From Deferribacterales bacterium (lineage in GTDB: Bacteria; Chrysiogenota; Deferribacteres; Deferribacterales; Geovibrionaceae), in contig JBFWLW010000001.1 of the NCBI GenBank assembly GCA_050251945.1, forward strand, positions 416,001 through 480,000: 64,000 nucleotides of DNA, given 5' to 3'. Each line of letters begins with the position of its first letter. Position 1 is the stretch's first letter. A model generated the notes under the pieces. The model ran no database searches, was not told the DNA's origin, and worked only from the letters and a program-made list of their open reading frames with translations. This document shows positions 37,916-47,057 of the stretch, piece by piece. A program made the position numbers and the translations under genes.

Positions 37916-38905
37916 TTATATACTCCTCAGACTTGCAAGCTTTTCAAGCACGATACCTGTCTTGATAGTCTCAAGCGCCAATCTGTAACCATCGCGAATA
38001 CTATCCGTCTTTCCGAAGACAGTGAGCGCCAGACCTGCGTTCAGAGCTATCAGCTTTGAAAAATCGCCGCCATCTGCGGATATAGACTTATTAAAGAAGA
38101 AACCTGCATCCTCGTTTGTTTTCACTATCGGCATCTGGAAAGGGGTAAAGTATTCAGCAGGATTGATGTAATGCTTGATTATCCTGCCGCCGGAAACCTC
38201 GTGAACTTCTGTGGGGGCGAAAGAGGATATCTCGTCATATCCGTCCAGAGACGAATAGACAGCTACCCTGTCACGCCCCAGCATCAGAAGGCTTTCGGCA
38301 AGGATCGCCAGTTTGTCGCGCATTGCCATGCCCACTATCTGTCCGCCGACATTGGCAGGGTTCGCGAGCGGTCCGAGAAAGTTAAATATCGTGGGAACGC
38401 GCAGTTTTTTGCGTACGGCGCCTGCATATTTAAGCGCAGGGTGGTACATTGGCGCAAAAAGAAACGCGAAATTATGTTTATTGAAATAGTTCTGCATGTC
38501 AGCTTTTTCACTGTTAACAGGAACGCCCGACATCTCGAATATGTCTGCTGAACCGACAACACCGCTCACTGCACGGTTGCCGTGTTTAACCACAGGATAG
38601 CCCATTGCGGCAAGCAGAACAGCCACCGCAGATGATACGTTCATTGTGGATTTGCCGCTTCCGCCTGTTCCGCAGGTATCGTAAACCTGCATATCCGTAT
38701 CAAAAGCTATCTTTTTTTCGTTCATAGCGCGTGCGGCTCCGGCTATCTCGTCCACTGTCTCGCCGCGAAGGCGCATGGAGATGAGTATTCCCGCTATCTC
38801 CGCCTCTTCAAGTTTACCGTCCATCATATCAATGAAGGCGCTGTATGTCTCTTCAAATGAAAGGCTCCCGCCCATACAGGATTTTTTTACAAGTTCCACA
38901 CTCAT
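37916..38905 (-). CDS. trpD: Anthranilate phosphoribosyltransferase
   Basis: DTCGTGG, KHGNR, TIFN.LGPL.NP and DEI motifs; ATGA overlap with trpG. Confidence 0.95.
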   Translation of the reverse strand: MSVELVKKSCMGGSLSFEETYSAFIDMMDGKLEEAEIAGILISMRLRGETVDEIAGAARAMNEKKIAFDTDMQVYDTCGTGGSGKSTMNVSSAVAVLLAAMGYPVVKHGNRAVSGVVGSADIFEMSGVPVNSEKADMQNYFNKHNFAFLFAPMYHPALKYAGAVRKKLRVPTIFNFLGPLANPANVGGQIVGMAMRDKLAILAESLLMLGRDRVAVYSSLDGYDEISSFAPTEVHEVSGGRIIKHYINPAEYFTPFQMPIVKTNEDAGFFFNKSISADGGDFSKLIALNAGLALTVFGKTDSIRDGYRLALETIKTGIVLEKLASLRSI

Positions 38906-39462
38906 TTTGACACCCCGCATATATTCATAAAATTTTTAGCCATAACGTCGCCATAGGCACTGAGAACCGATTCGGGATGGAACTGCACCCCGTAAAGTTT
39001 GTTCGCCTCGTCCTCCATCCCCATGCATTCACCGTCGGAAGCGGCTGTTGCAGTCATTACGCTTTCCGGAGCCGCCACCGCCAGCGAGTGATAACGAACG
39101 GCGGTAAATTCGTCGGGAATACCTGCGAACAGTCTGGATTCTCCGGTCTTTTTCATAATGTCGGTTTTGCCGTGCATAATGGTCTTCGCACTGCGTATTT
39201 CATATCCCATATGATACCCCATGGCCTGCATCCCCAGACAAACGCCCATCATAGGTATTTTGCCTGTGTACGTCTCAAGGTATTTCAGAGTTGTACCCGA
39301 GTTCGCAGGGTTTGAAGGTCCGGGGGAAAGGATGATACCCTTATAGCCGTCCGCCGCTTTGAACTCTGTGTTTTTTATGACGTCCACCTGCGCGCCCGCC
39401 AGTCTGAAAAGCGCGTACAGGTTGTATGTGAATGAATCGTAGTTATCAACCAACAGAAACAT
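38902..39462 (-). CDS. trpG: Anthranilate synthase component II (glutamine amidotransferase)
   Basis: DNYDSFTYN, SPGP, GVCLG.Q, RYHSL and QFHPES motifs. Confidence 0.95.
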   Translation of the reverse strand: MFLLVDNYDSFTYNLYALFRLAGAQVDVIKNTEFKAADGYKGIILSPGPSNPANSGTTLKYLETYTGKIPMMGVCLGMQAMGYHMGYEIRSAKTIMHGKTDIMKKTGESRLFAGIPDEFTAVRYHSLAVAAPESVMTATAASDGECMGMEDEANKLYGVQFHPESVLSAYGDVMAKNFMNICGVSK

Positions 39463-40927
39463 CTCTTCCCTCCGCTGCCGCTATTGTTTTGTATGCGGCA
39501 AATAATGCGCCGAGCTTGTTCTCGACCTCTTTGAACTCGTTTTCCGGAACTGAATCGTAAACTATTCCGCCGCCCGCACGAAGCACCGTCTCCTTAGGTG
39601 TCACGAATGCACTGCGGATGGTTATGCATGTGTCCATGTTGCCGCTGTATCCGAAATAGCCCACGCATCCGGCATAGAAACCGCGCTCGGATTTTTCGTA
39701 CTGCTCTATAAGTTCCATCGCCCTCACCTTCGGCGCACCGGAAACGGTTCCGGCGGGGAAGCATCTCATGAACAGTTCGAGAGGATTCGCCGAATCTTCA
39801 ATCTGTCCCTCAACCTCGCTTACGATGTGAATGACGTGGCTGTAAACCTCCGGTACGAATTCCTGAACAACCTTAACGCTTTCCGGCTTACAGCAGGTGT
39901 AGAGGTCGTTGCGGGCAAGATCCAGAAGCATAAGGTGTTCCGAACACTCTTTTTTGTCTGCAAGAAGAGCTTTCTTCGCCGCTTCCAAGTCCTCCATTAT
40001 AGGGCTTGTGCCAGCAATGGGTTTCAGGATAGCTTTTCTGCCTGCCACCTTAAGGTGTATCTCGGGAGACGAGCCGAGCAGTACCTCTTTGCCGAACTTC
40101 AGGAAAAACATATAGGGCGAAGGGTTAATGTTGCGAAGCGCCCTGTAAAGGCTGAGGGGGTTCAGGCTGCCCTTAATGCGGTATGCGTTGCTGATAACAA
40201 CCTGTATCGCCTCGCCGTCCTTTATCTCTTTTTTCACCTGCTCAACACAGCGCATGTACTCATCCTTTTCCATGTCTTTCACTATGTCGCAGTTGAGGTC
40301 GGAATCGAAGTTATCGAAATTGAAACGGTTCAGATCGCCGCTCATCTTCTGTGTGCGTTTCATCGCTTTTTCATAGGCATCTTCGCCGCCTTCTGTTTTA
40401 ACGCTGACAGCGGCATAGAGTTTTGAAAGGTGGTTGTCGAACACAAAAAACTCGTCAACCTCCATGAAACCGAGAAGTTTGTTATCTTTTGAACATTTAA
40501 CGGGCTTTTTAAGGATATTCATGTAGTTTATGGACTCGTAAGCGAAGAATCCTGCAAAACCGCCTGCAAAGTCACCGAATTTGCCGTCATTAAAACCTTT
40601 TTCGGCGTAAAACTGCTGTGCCATGTAATCCATGGGATTCATTGAAAACGTTTTCTTCTTTCCGCCTGATTTTTCCGTGATTGTGTCGTTTTGAAAGGTT
40701 ATGACTCTTTTGGGATTGTTTCCGAAAAATGAGAAACGGGAGAATGTCTTGTCCAGATTCGCACTCTCCAGAAGGAACACATTCTCCTCGTTGGTGAAGT
40801 TGCGCAGGAGCGAAATGGGGGTGAAAGTATCGCCCATAATCTCTCTGTACACCGTGACCCTGTCATAGTCCTTTGCCAGTTGAATAAATGTTTCCCTGTC
40901 GGGGTAAACGGGCTGTCTGAGGTTCAT
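39446..40927 (-). CDS. trpE: Anthranilate synthase component I
   Basis: LLES, NPSPYM, SSPE, PIAGT, EH.ML.DL.RND and FPAGTVSGAPK motifs. Confidence 0.95.
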   Translation of the reverse strand: MNLRQPVYPDRETFIQLAKDYDRVTVYREIMGDTFTPISLLRNFTNEENVFLLESANLDKTFSRFSFFGNNPKRVITFQNDTITEKSGGKKKTFSMNPMDYMAQQFYAEKGFNDGKFGDFAGGFAGFFAYESINYMNILKKPVKCSKDNKLLGFMEVDEFFVFDNHLSKLYAAVSVKTEGGEDAYEKAMKRTQKMSGDLNRFNFDNFDSDLNCDIVKDMEKDEYMRCVEQVKKEIKDGEAIQVVISNAYRIKGSLNPLSLYRALRNINPSPYMFFLKFGKEVLLGSSPEIHLKVAGRKAILKPIAGTSPIMEDLEAAKKALLADKKECSEHLMLLDLARNDLYTCCKPESVKVVQEFVPEVYSHVIHIVSEVEGQIEDSANPLELFMRCFPAGTVSGAPKVRAMELIEQYEKSERGFYAGCVGYFGYSGNMDTCITIRSAFVTPKETVLRAGGGIVYDSVPENEFKEVENKLGALFAAYKTIAAAEGRDVSVG

Positions 40928-40963
40928 TTTATCTCCTTAACGATTATTGACAGATAATTAATC

Positions 40964-41035
40964 AGACTGCCGCGTCAGCCTGTCGGCTTCCTCGCAGAGA
41001 CGTCTTCGCGAGGAGTGCAACGACGCGGCGATCTC
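40964..41035. repeat. Pair of CGTC-tagged palindromic units (copy G) in the trpE leader, with TIR remnants
   Basis: AGACTGCCGCGTC...CTCGCAGAGACGTCTTCGCGAGGAG...GCGATCTC, flanked by TTATTGACAG (40944) and CTGTCAGCA (41048). Confidence 0.75.
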
Positions 41036-41075
41036 TTTTTTATAATACTGTCAGCATCTTTATATGTTTAAATTC

Positions 41076-41110
41076 AAAAAAAAAGACCGTGATCTTTTCA
41101 GAACACGGCC
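41076..41110 (-). terminator. Second terminator hairpin of the trp leader
   Basis: Minus strand GGCCGTGTTCT-GAAA-AGATCACGGTC followed by T9. Confidence 0.75.
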
Positions 41111-41122
41111 CTGTATGGCAAC

Positions 41123-41153
41123 AAAAAAGCCGTGCGGTTTTCACCGCACGGCT
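41123..41153 (-). terminator. trp attenuator terminator
   Basis: Minus strand AGCCGTGCGG-TGAAAA-CCGCACGGCT followed by T5. Confidence 0.88.
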
Positions 41154-41183
41154 GTTATACACAAACTCATGGCGAAAACCTAC

Positions 41184-41246
41184 TTATTCAGAAGATGAAC
41201 GCCACCACCAATTTTTAACGTTTGTTTTAGCTGCAAATATATTCAT
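41184..41246 (-). CDS. trpL: trp leader peptide MNIFAAKTNVKNWWWRSSSE
   Basis: 20-codon ORF with TGG TGG TGG directly upstream of the attenuator and trpE; not in the ORF track. Confidence 0.92.
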   Translation of the reverse strand: MNIFAAKTNVKNWWWRSSSE

Positions 41247-41252
41247 GTGCGT

Positions 41253-41281
41253 ATAATGCATAAAGTTTATCACTTAGTCAA
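41253..41281 (-). promoter_or_regulatory. trp operon sigma70 promoter
   Basis: TTGACT-17 nt-CATTAT, 6 nt before the trpL ATG. Confidence 0.65.
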
Positions 41282-42035
41282 GATATTTTTTAAGCCACAA
41301 TGTGCCGCAACCGCCTTTTTCCTGTCTGCGGAAAGAGTTAGCTCTGCGAACATTTAATCCTCTTTCCCGCAGAAAGTTGAAAATTTCCTCGCGGCGCTCG
41401 TTGCTTACCGGTTTGAAAGGGCTGTCATGCACCTTGTTCAATGTGAGCAGATGCACGGACGATTCGGGAAATCTTTGTGCGTTTTCCGCAAAAAGTCCGA
41501 TCTCTTCATCGCTGTCGTTTATACCCTCTACAGGAAGATAGTTCAGACCAATCTTTTTCTTAGACCTGACAGACATGTGTTTCCACGCTTCCGATATTGC
41601 GGAATATATCTCGTCCAGAGACGGAGCCTTTGGCACAAGTTTTTTGTGCGCCGCTTCCGAGCCTCCGTGCAGAGATATCATCACACCGTTGTGAGGAAGC
41701 GACAGCAGCTTTATCAAAAGCTCCGGATGGCTTGCCGTCGTCGTCACCGATACGGGCAGGTGCGACATGCGCATGAACCGTTCCACCTCTTCAAAATTGT
41801 CCAGAGGTTCGCCTATTCCTGAAACCGTGATGCGTTTTGCGGTCGGTTCAGTTTGTGCCTGTTCCAGCATCTCCTCCGCCGTAAGCCCACGAACAAGCCC
41901 CTTTCTGCCTGATGCACAGAACGGGCACGCCATGCGGCAGCCTGCCTGTGAAGAGATGCAGAGCGTACCGTATGGGTACATGACAGTCTCCACCGTCAGC
42001 CCGTCGTTAAGGGTGACAGCGGTGAGCCTGTTCAT
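41274..42035 (-). CDS. Short RlmN/Cfr-like radical SAM methyltransferase
   Basis: CISSQAGCRMACPFC, GIGEP, ISLH and GCG motifs; 253 aa, lacking the N-terminal domain. Confidence 0.82.
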   Translation of the reverse strand: MNRLTAVTLNDGLTVETVMYPYGTLCISSQAGCRMACPFCASGRKGLVRGLTAEEMLEQAQTEPTAKRITVSGIGEPLDNFEEVERFMRMSHLPVSVTTTASHPELLIKLLSLPHNGVMISLHGGSEAAHKKLVPKAPSLDEIYSAISEAWKHMSVRSKKKIGLNYLPVEGINDSDEEIGLFAENAQRFPESSVHLLTLNKVHDSPFKPVSNERREEIFNFLRERGLNVRRANSFRRQEKGGCGTLWLKKYLD

Positions 42036-42589
42036 ACACCCAGCTTGTCCGAAATTTCGGACAGAGCCGAAATGACAAAGGCAATATGTTCGTCCTGATC
42101 AACACCCATCTCCGCTATTCCCAGCGAGATGTCGTCGCGGTTGACCGCGCGGGCGAACGCCTTGTCTTTCAGCTTTTTCTTAACACTTTTAACTTCCACG
42201 TTAGCAATGGATTTGTCCGGTCTTACATACGCGCAGGCGAGCAGAAAACCGCAGAGTTCGTCCACTGCAAAAAGTGCCTTAGCCATAGGGGTAACTCTGG
42301 CTACGCCCGTGAACGTACCGTGTCCCATTATGGCTTCAAGAATATCTTCGGGGTACCCCATTCCGCGGAGAATCTCGACTCCTTTATACGGGTGTTCCTC
42401 CAGAGTGGGGTATTTCTCGTAATCAAAATCATGAAGAAGACCTGTAACCCCCCAGCGTTCTGCATCTTCGCCGAATTTTTCGGCATATTTACGCATCGCC
42501 TGTTCAACGCTCAGGGCATGTTTGATGAGTGAATCAGATTTTGTATATTCTGTCAGAATGTCATAAGCATCATTTCTATTGACCTGCAT
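42032..42589 (-). CDS. HD (HDIG) domain metal-dependent phosphohydrolase
   Basis: KHAL.VE..M, GLLHD.DYE, A.MGH and AVDEL motifs; GGAGG RBS. Confidence 0.9.
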   Translation of the reverse strand: MQVNRNDAYDILTEYTKSDSLIKHALSVEQAMRKYAEKFGEDAERWGVTGLLHDFDYEKYPTLEEHPYKGVEILRGMGYPEDILEAIMGHGTFTGVARVTPMAKALFAVDELCGFLLACAYVRPDKSIANVEVKSVKKKLKDKAFARAVNRDDISLGIAEMGVDQDEHIAFVISALSEISDKLGV

Positions 42590-42702
42590 GGGTGCCTCCG
42601 TTCTTTTTCTGACATAATAATTAATTTGATTGTGTTTGGGTAGATGCCATTTAAACTTATTTTTAATTTTAACTGCATCTGTTGTTGATTCGTCTTTTGA
42701 TT

Positions 42703-42735
42703 AAAAACGGTACGGGGTCTGCCTTCCCCGCACCG
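42703..42735 (-). terminator. Intrinsic terminator
   Basis: Minus strand CGGTGCGGGG-AAGGCAGA-CCCCGTACCG followed by T5. Confidence 0.8.
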
Positions 42736-42823
42736 CCTAATCGTATTTGACGTATATTGCAAAAGGAGTATTTAAAATTACGATAGGAACTATTGAAACT
42801 ATGTCAAGACCTTTTTTATCCGA

Positions 42824-43870
42824 TTATTTATCAGTATCGTCATAGCTATGCATGATGTCCTGAAACACCTCTTTCAGCTTATCAAAAGCATCCACAAGCT
42901 GCGGGTCGAACATCGTCCCTCCGTTCTCCTGAATAAATCGTCTGGCATCGTCATACTCCCATTTCTGTTTATACGGTCTCTTTGAAAGCAGCGCATCGAA
43001 AACGTCGCTGACCGCGACTATGCGCCCGCATATAGGTATATTGTCGCCTGCAAGTCCGTTCGGATACCCTTTTCCGTCCCAGCGTTCGTGGTGTGAAAGC
43101 GCTATATCAGCACCGAATTTCAGGTATTTTCCTTCCGAATCTGCAAGTATCTTATATCCGATCGTAGTGTGTTCCTTCATAACGGAAAACTCCTGTTCAT
43201 CCAGTTTTCCGGGTTTCAGAAGGATGCTGTCCGGTATGCCCAGCTTGCCTATATCGTGCAGCGGTGCCGAAAAAAACAGGGCATCGGTGAATTCGCTTTC
43301 CATGCCGATATGCTCGGAAAGAGCCTTGCTGTAATGCGCAACGCGCTTGATATGGTTTCCCGTCTCAGTGTCTTTATATTCGCTGGCGCGACCGATGATC
43401 GTGAGCGTTTCAAACTCGCGCATCCTAATCTTAAGAGTTGCGGTTTCAACCTCCTGCTGTAAGAGCGCTGCTCTGTCTTTCAGCAGAAGCTGGTTTTTCC
43501 TGAGTGAAAGAAGGTTTTTCACACGCACCTGAAACTCGTACAGTTTCAAAGGTTTATAAAGAAAATCCGACGCTCCCGCATTAAGAGCGGAAAGCTTGAT
43601 ATTATCATCATCGTCCACAGCGGTTATCATTACTATCGGGACATCCTGCTCTGTCTCGCGCACGCGCTTGATAAGAGCGATACCGTCCATCTCCGGCATC
43701 ATATAGTCAGTAAGAATAAGATCAGGATGAGAGATTTTTATATAATCAAGCGCAAGTGACGGGTCAGTAAAACTTCTGATCTCAAGGTTCATGCTTTCCA
43801 GCATGGATTCTATAAGCATAAGGTTCAGTTTATTGTCGTCAATGGAAACTATTTTTCCGTTAAGTCCCAT
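42824..43870 (-). CDS. Response regulator with HD-GYP c-di-GMP phosphodiesterase domain (RpfG-like)
   Basis: REC motifs DD, D.MMP.MDG and KP; ETGNH..RV, LHDIGK and HHERWDGKGYP. Confidence 0.95.
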   Translation of the reverse strand: MGLNGKIVSIDDNKLNLMLIESMLESMNLEIRSFTDPSLALDYIKISHPDLILTDYMMPEMDGIALIKRVRETEQDVPIVMITAVDDDDNIKLSALNAGASDFLYKPLKLYEFQVRVKNLLSLRKNQLLLKDRAALLQQEVETATLKIRMREFETLTIIGRASEYKDTETGNHIKRVAHYSKALSEHIGMESEFTDALFFSAPLHDIGKLGIPDSILLKPGKLDEQEFSVMKEHTTIGYKILADSEGKYLKFGADIALSHHERWDGKGYPNGLAGDNIPICGRIVAVSDVFDALLSKRPYKQKWEYDDARRFIQENGGTMFDPQLVDAFDKLKEVFQDIMHSYDDTDK

Positions 43871-46800
43871 GTTCTCTCCGCTTTATCGTCTCATTCTTTA
43901 TGAAAATTAAAATATCAATTATCTCTTTTATCAGCTCTTTTACGTAAACCGTATCATTCTTTTTAACAAATTCGTCGGCGTTTTTCAATTTTTCGGATAA
44001 AAAACTCAGACGCATGTTTCCTGCGGCACTTCTGACAGAATGGATCAGGTCTCTGGCACTGCGAACGTTGCCGGCAGCAAGTTCCTCCGCCGCTTTTTTA
44101 AGGTCGTTTCCGGAGTCGTCACAAAATTCGCTCAGAAGCGACGCAAGCACATCAGGGGCAAGCCCTATCTGAGCCTGAAGCTCCTCGAACGAAAATCCTG
44201 CAAAACCGCCAGCGGGTTCATGCCCGTCTTCCTGCAGTTTTTCAAACTCTATCACAAATGAAAAACAGCTTCCCTTATTCTCTTCACTGGAAACATGTAT
44301 CTCTGATCCGAATTTTTTCAGAATGTTCTTCGCTATGCTCAGCCCCAGACCCGCACCGCTGAATCTGCGCGTCGAAGTACCGTCGCCCTGTTCAAACGAA
44401 TCGAATATCACCGGAAGTTTTTCCGGAGATATGCCAACTCCGTTATCTTTCACCTCGAACTCAACGCTGACTGTGCTGTTCGTCTCCGCCTTCCTGCGGA
44501 TATTCAACTCAATCTGCCCGCCTGCCTGCGTGAATTTCACGGCGTTTGAAAGCAGGTTCGAGACCGCCTGCCCCACACGGAACGAATCGCCTTTCAGCTT
44601 TTTCGGTATATTTGAGTCAACACAGCTTAAAAAAGCTATATTCTTATTTTCCGCTGATTTTCTATGTACTCTGTTCACTGTATCCGCCAGAACGTCGATG
44701 TTCACCGTCTGACTGTCGATAGAGTATCCGTCGCTGTCGATATCCGCAAGCTCCATGATACCGTTAAAGATATCCAGCAGTGTCTCGGCACTGGACCGCA
44801 CCGTGGCGAGGTAATTTTTCTGTTTGTCGTCCAGATTTGTAGTCTTAAGTACGTCGCTGAAACCGATAATACTGTTAAGCGGGGTGCGTATCTCATGGCT
44901 TATGTTGGCTATGAAGCGTGATTTTGCAACATTCGCATCCTCTGCGCGTTTTCTTGCCTGCAAAAGCTCTGTTATATCCTCTTTTATCGCCACAAAACTG
45001 ATTATTTCTCCGGTTGCGTTCTTTATGGGCGCAATGACTGCCGATTCTATATATTTTTCGCCGTTCTTTTTCTTGTTCGTAAAGACACCCTGCCATATCC
45101 TGCCTGACGTTATGGTCTGCCAGAGTTCTGCAAAAAGCTGAGGCGCGGAATCATCCCATTTGAGTATACTCGGTTTTTTACCGATGACCTCCGCCGCGCT
45201 GTATCCCGTAACCTTTTCAAACATTGGGTTGGCATACTCCACAATACCTTCCCTGTCGGTCACCAGGATGCTCACAGGGCTTTGCTCCATCACCAGCGCA
45301 AGCTTATTGATCTCGCGCTCCGCCGTTTTTCCGGCTGTTATATCCCTTATATTCAGGATTATTCCGTTTATGACCGGATTCTCGCACATATTGACGGCGA
45401 CAATCTCAGCCGTTATAGTTTCGCCGCCCCGTTTAACAAGCTTAAACTCGCCCGACAGCGGCTCGGTTCCGCCTGAAATGACCCTTTGTATCCATCCGGA
45501 AAATTCCTGTCTGTCCGAACCGAACACAATATCTTCAAAGAATTTACCCTTGATATGTTCACTGCTGAACCCTATCACGAAATCCATGGACGGGCTGGCA
45601 TACTTGATCCTGCCGTTGCCGTCCATAACTATAATTATGTCGGTTATGTTCTCGATAAGCTGTCTGAAACGGCGCTCACTGTCTTCAAGCATGGTCTCGG
45701 CGCTGTGTCTGAGCTTGGATTCCTCGCTGGCGATGCGCGAATAATCCGCCACCCTCTCCTCAAGAGAACTCTGCTGCTGAATAAGAAATCTTTCGGTCTT
45801 CTTCCAGTCGGAGATATCCACCGACATCTCTATCATCTGCACAACATTTCCGTTATCGTCAAATATAGGATATGCGCGTATCTCATAATATTTATCTGTA
45901 CCGTCAGGCTGCTTATGCAGATGCTCCACGGCAACAGATTTGCGTTTCTCTTTCACTATTTTCAGAGGACATGGGTGTTCTATGCCGCTGCACGGCAGAA
46001 GCATCCGGTGCGTCACAGCGTGGCAGGTCATATTTATGATATTCCCGCCGTCAGACGCATACCTGTTTGCATAAACTATCTCATAATTATCAGCATCTAT
46101 GACATAAAATGCGCAATCCATAGCATCCAGTATTTTGCTGAGATATGCATATTTATCTTTATAACTGCTCTCGCTGGCAATAATGTCATCCAGTCTGCTG
46201 AAAAGTTCGGTAGTTCTGGATTTCAGCTTTGTGTCAAAATTGATGAACAGGTCGTCGTACTCCTTTTTTGCCTGTGACGCATCGAAAAGCACATTCCATA
46301 TCACATATGCAAGCCAGCCGCCGAAAAATACAAACACCGAGCCAAAAACCAGCGATATGTAAGAGTTTATGGCTTCAAACTTTTTTCCCTGTGAAACAAT
46401 ATAGTCACTGAGCAGTTTCATCTCTGAAAGAGAGCTTATGTAAGCGTCGTTAGATATCATCTGAAAGCTGGTGAAGAAATTATCCACCTCTTTGGTTCTC
46501 ACCCTTATCTCCTGATCGGAAGAGAGTGAAAGCATAAAATCGGATGTTTTTTCGGCAGACAGACGGTTTATAAGGTGACTGCGGTAGCTACGGACAATGA
46601 GTTTCAGCTCTTCCAGCTTCGCCCGCATGTCTATTATACGCACATCATAAGGCTTGTTATCCGTCTTCTTGTAGCTGTAGTCGAAAGTATATTTATCAAA
46701 TTCAGAAGAACTTACAGGCAGTTTTTCGATAAGCAGTCCGCCGTTGTCCAGAATACGCAGTTCGTCGCTGATGCTGTTTATATCGTCGAATATCCTCGAT

Positions 46801-47057
46801 TCATATTTGCTCATATCGCTGAATTTTTCAGACTCAATATAAAGATGCAGATAATTGTTCACTTCGCTGATCCGTATTCTGATGAATCTGTATATGTCAG
46901 CTTTGTTCTTAACGTTGTCCATGCAGGCTTTCAGATAAATCATCCTGTCGCGTTCATAGCTATGGGCGGTAAAAAGAATTGAAATGCCTGCCAGTCCGTA
47001 CAAAAGAAAAATAACAAGCAGCAGAAAGTAACGTTTCGGCTTATATAAATTTATCAT
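43860..47057 (-). CDS. Membrane multi-PAS sensor histidine kinase with C-terminal Hpt-like domain
   Basis: Two TMs, three PAS domains, SHEIRTPL, NLLSNAVKFT, DNGVGI, GAGLGL and C-terminal HSVRSAAGN. Confidence 0.92.
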   Translation of the reverse strand: MINLYKPKRYFLLLVIFLLYGLAGISILFTAHSYERDRMIYLKACMDNVKNKADIYRFIRIRISEVNNYLHLYIESEKFSDMSKYESRIFDDINSISDELRILDNGGLLIEKLPVSSSEFDKYTFDYSYKKTDNKPYDVRIIDMRAKLEELKLIVRSYRSHLINRLSAEKTSDFMLSLSSDQEIRVRTKEVDNFFTSFQMISNDAYISSLSEMKLLSDYIVSQGKKFEAINSYISLVFGSVFVFFGGWLAYVIWNVLFDASQAKKEYDDLFINFDTKLKSRTTELFSRLDDIIASESSYKDKYAYLSKILDAMDCAFYVIDADNYEIVYANRYASDGGNIINMTCHAVTHRMLLPCSGIEHPCPLKIVKEKRKSVAVEHLHKQPDGTDKYYEIRAYPIFDDNGNVVQMIEMSVDISDWKKTERFLIQQQSSLEERVADYSRIASEESKLRHSAETMLEDSERRFRQLIENITDIIIVMDGNGRIKYASPSMDFVIGFSSEHIKGKFFEDIVFGSDRQEFSGWIQRVISGGTEPLSGEFKLVKRGGETITAEIVAVNMCENPVINGIILNIRDITAGKTAEREINKLALVMEQSPVSILVTDREGIVEYANPMFEKVTGYSAAEVIGKKPSILKWDDSAPQLFAELWQTITSGRIWQGVFTNKKKNGEKYIESAVIAPIKNATGEIISFVAIKEDITELLQARKRAEDANVAKSRFIANISHEIRTPLNSIIGFSDVLKTTNLDDKQKNYLATVRSSAETLLDIFNGIMELADIDSDGYSIDSQTVNIDVLADTVNRVHRKSAENKNIAFLSCVDSNIPKKLKGDSFRVGQAVSNLLSNAVKFTQAGGQIELNIRRKAETNSTVSVEFEVKDNGVGISPEKLPVIFDSFEQGDGTSTRRFSGAGLGLSIAKNILKKFGSEIHVSSEENKGSCFSFVIEFEKLQEDGHEPAGGFAGFSFEELQAQIGLAPDVLASLLSEFCDDSGNDLKKAAEELAAGNVRSARDLIHSVRSAAGNMRLSFLSEKLKNADEFVKKNDTVYVKELIKEIIDILIFIKNETIKRREHGT

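Noticed and set aside
40930..41250. T-box or TRAP control of trp
   Set aside because: No T-box consensus or (G/U)AG repeat array seen; the WWW leader peptide explains the region.
42553..42762. 69-aa TTG-start ORF upstream of the HD gene
   Set aside because: It runs through a terminator, has no RBS and overlaps the HD start.
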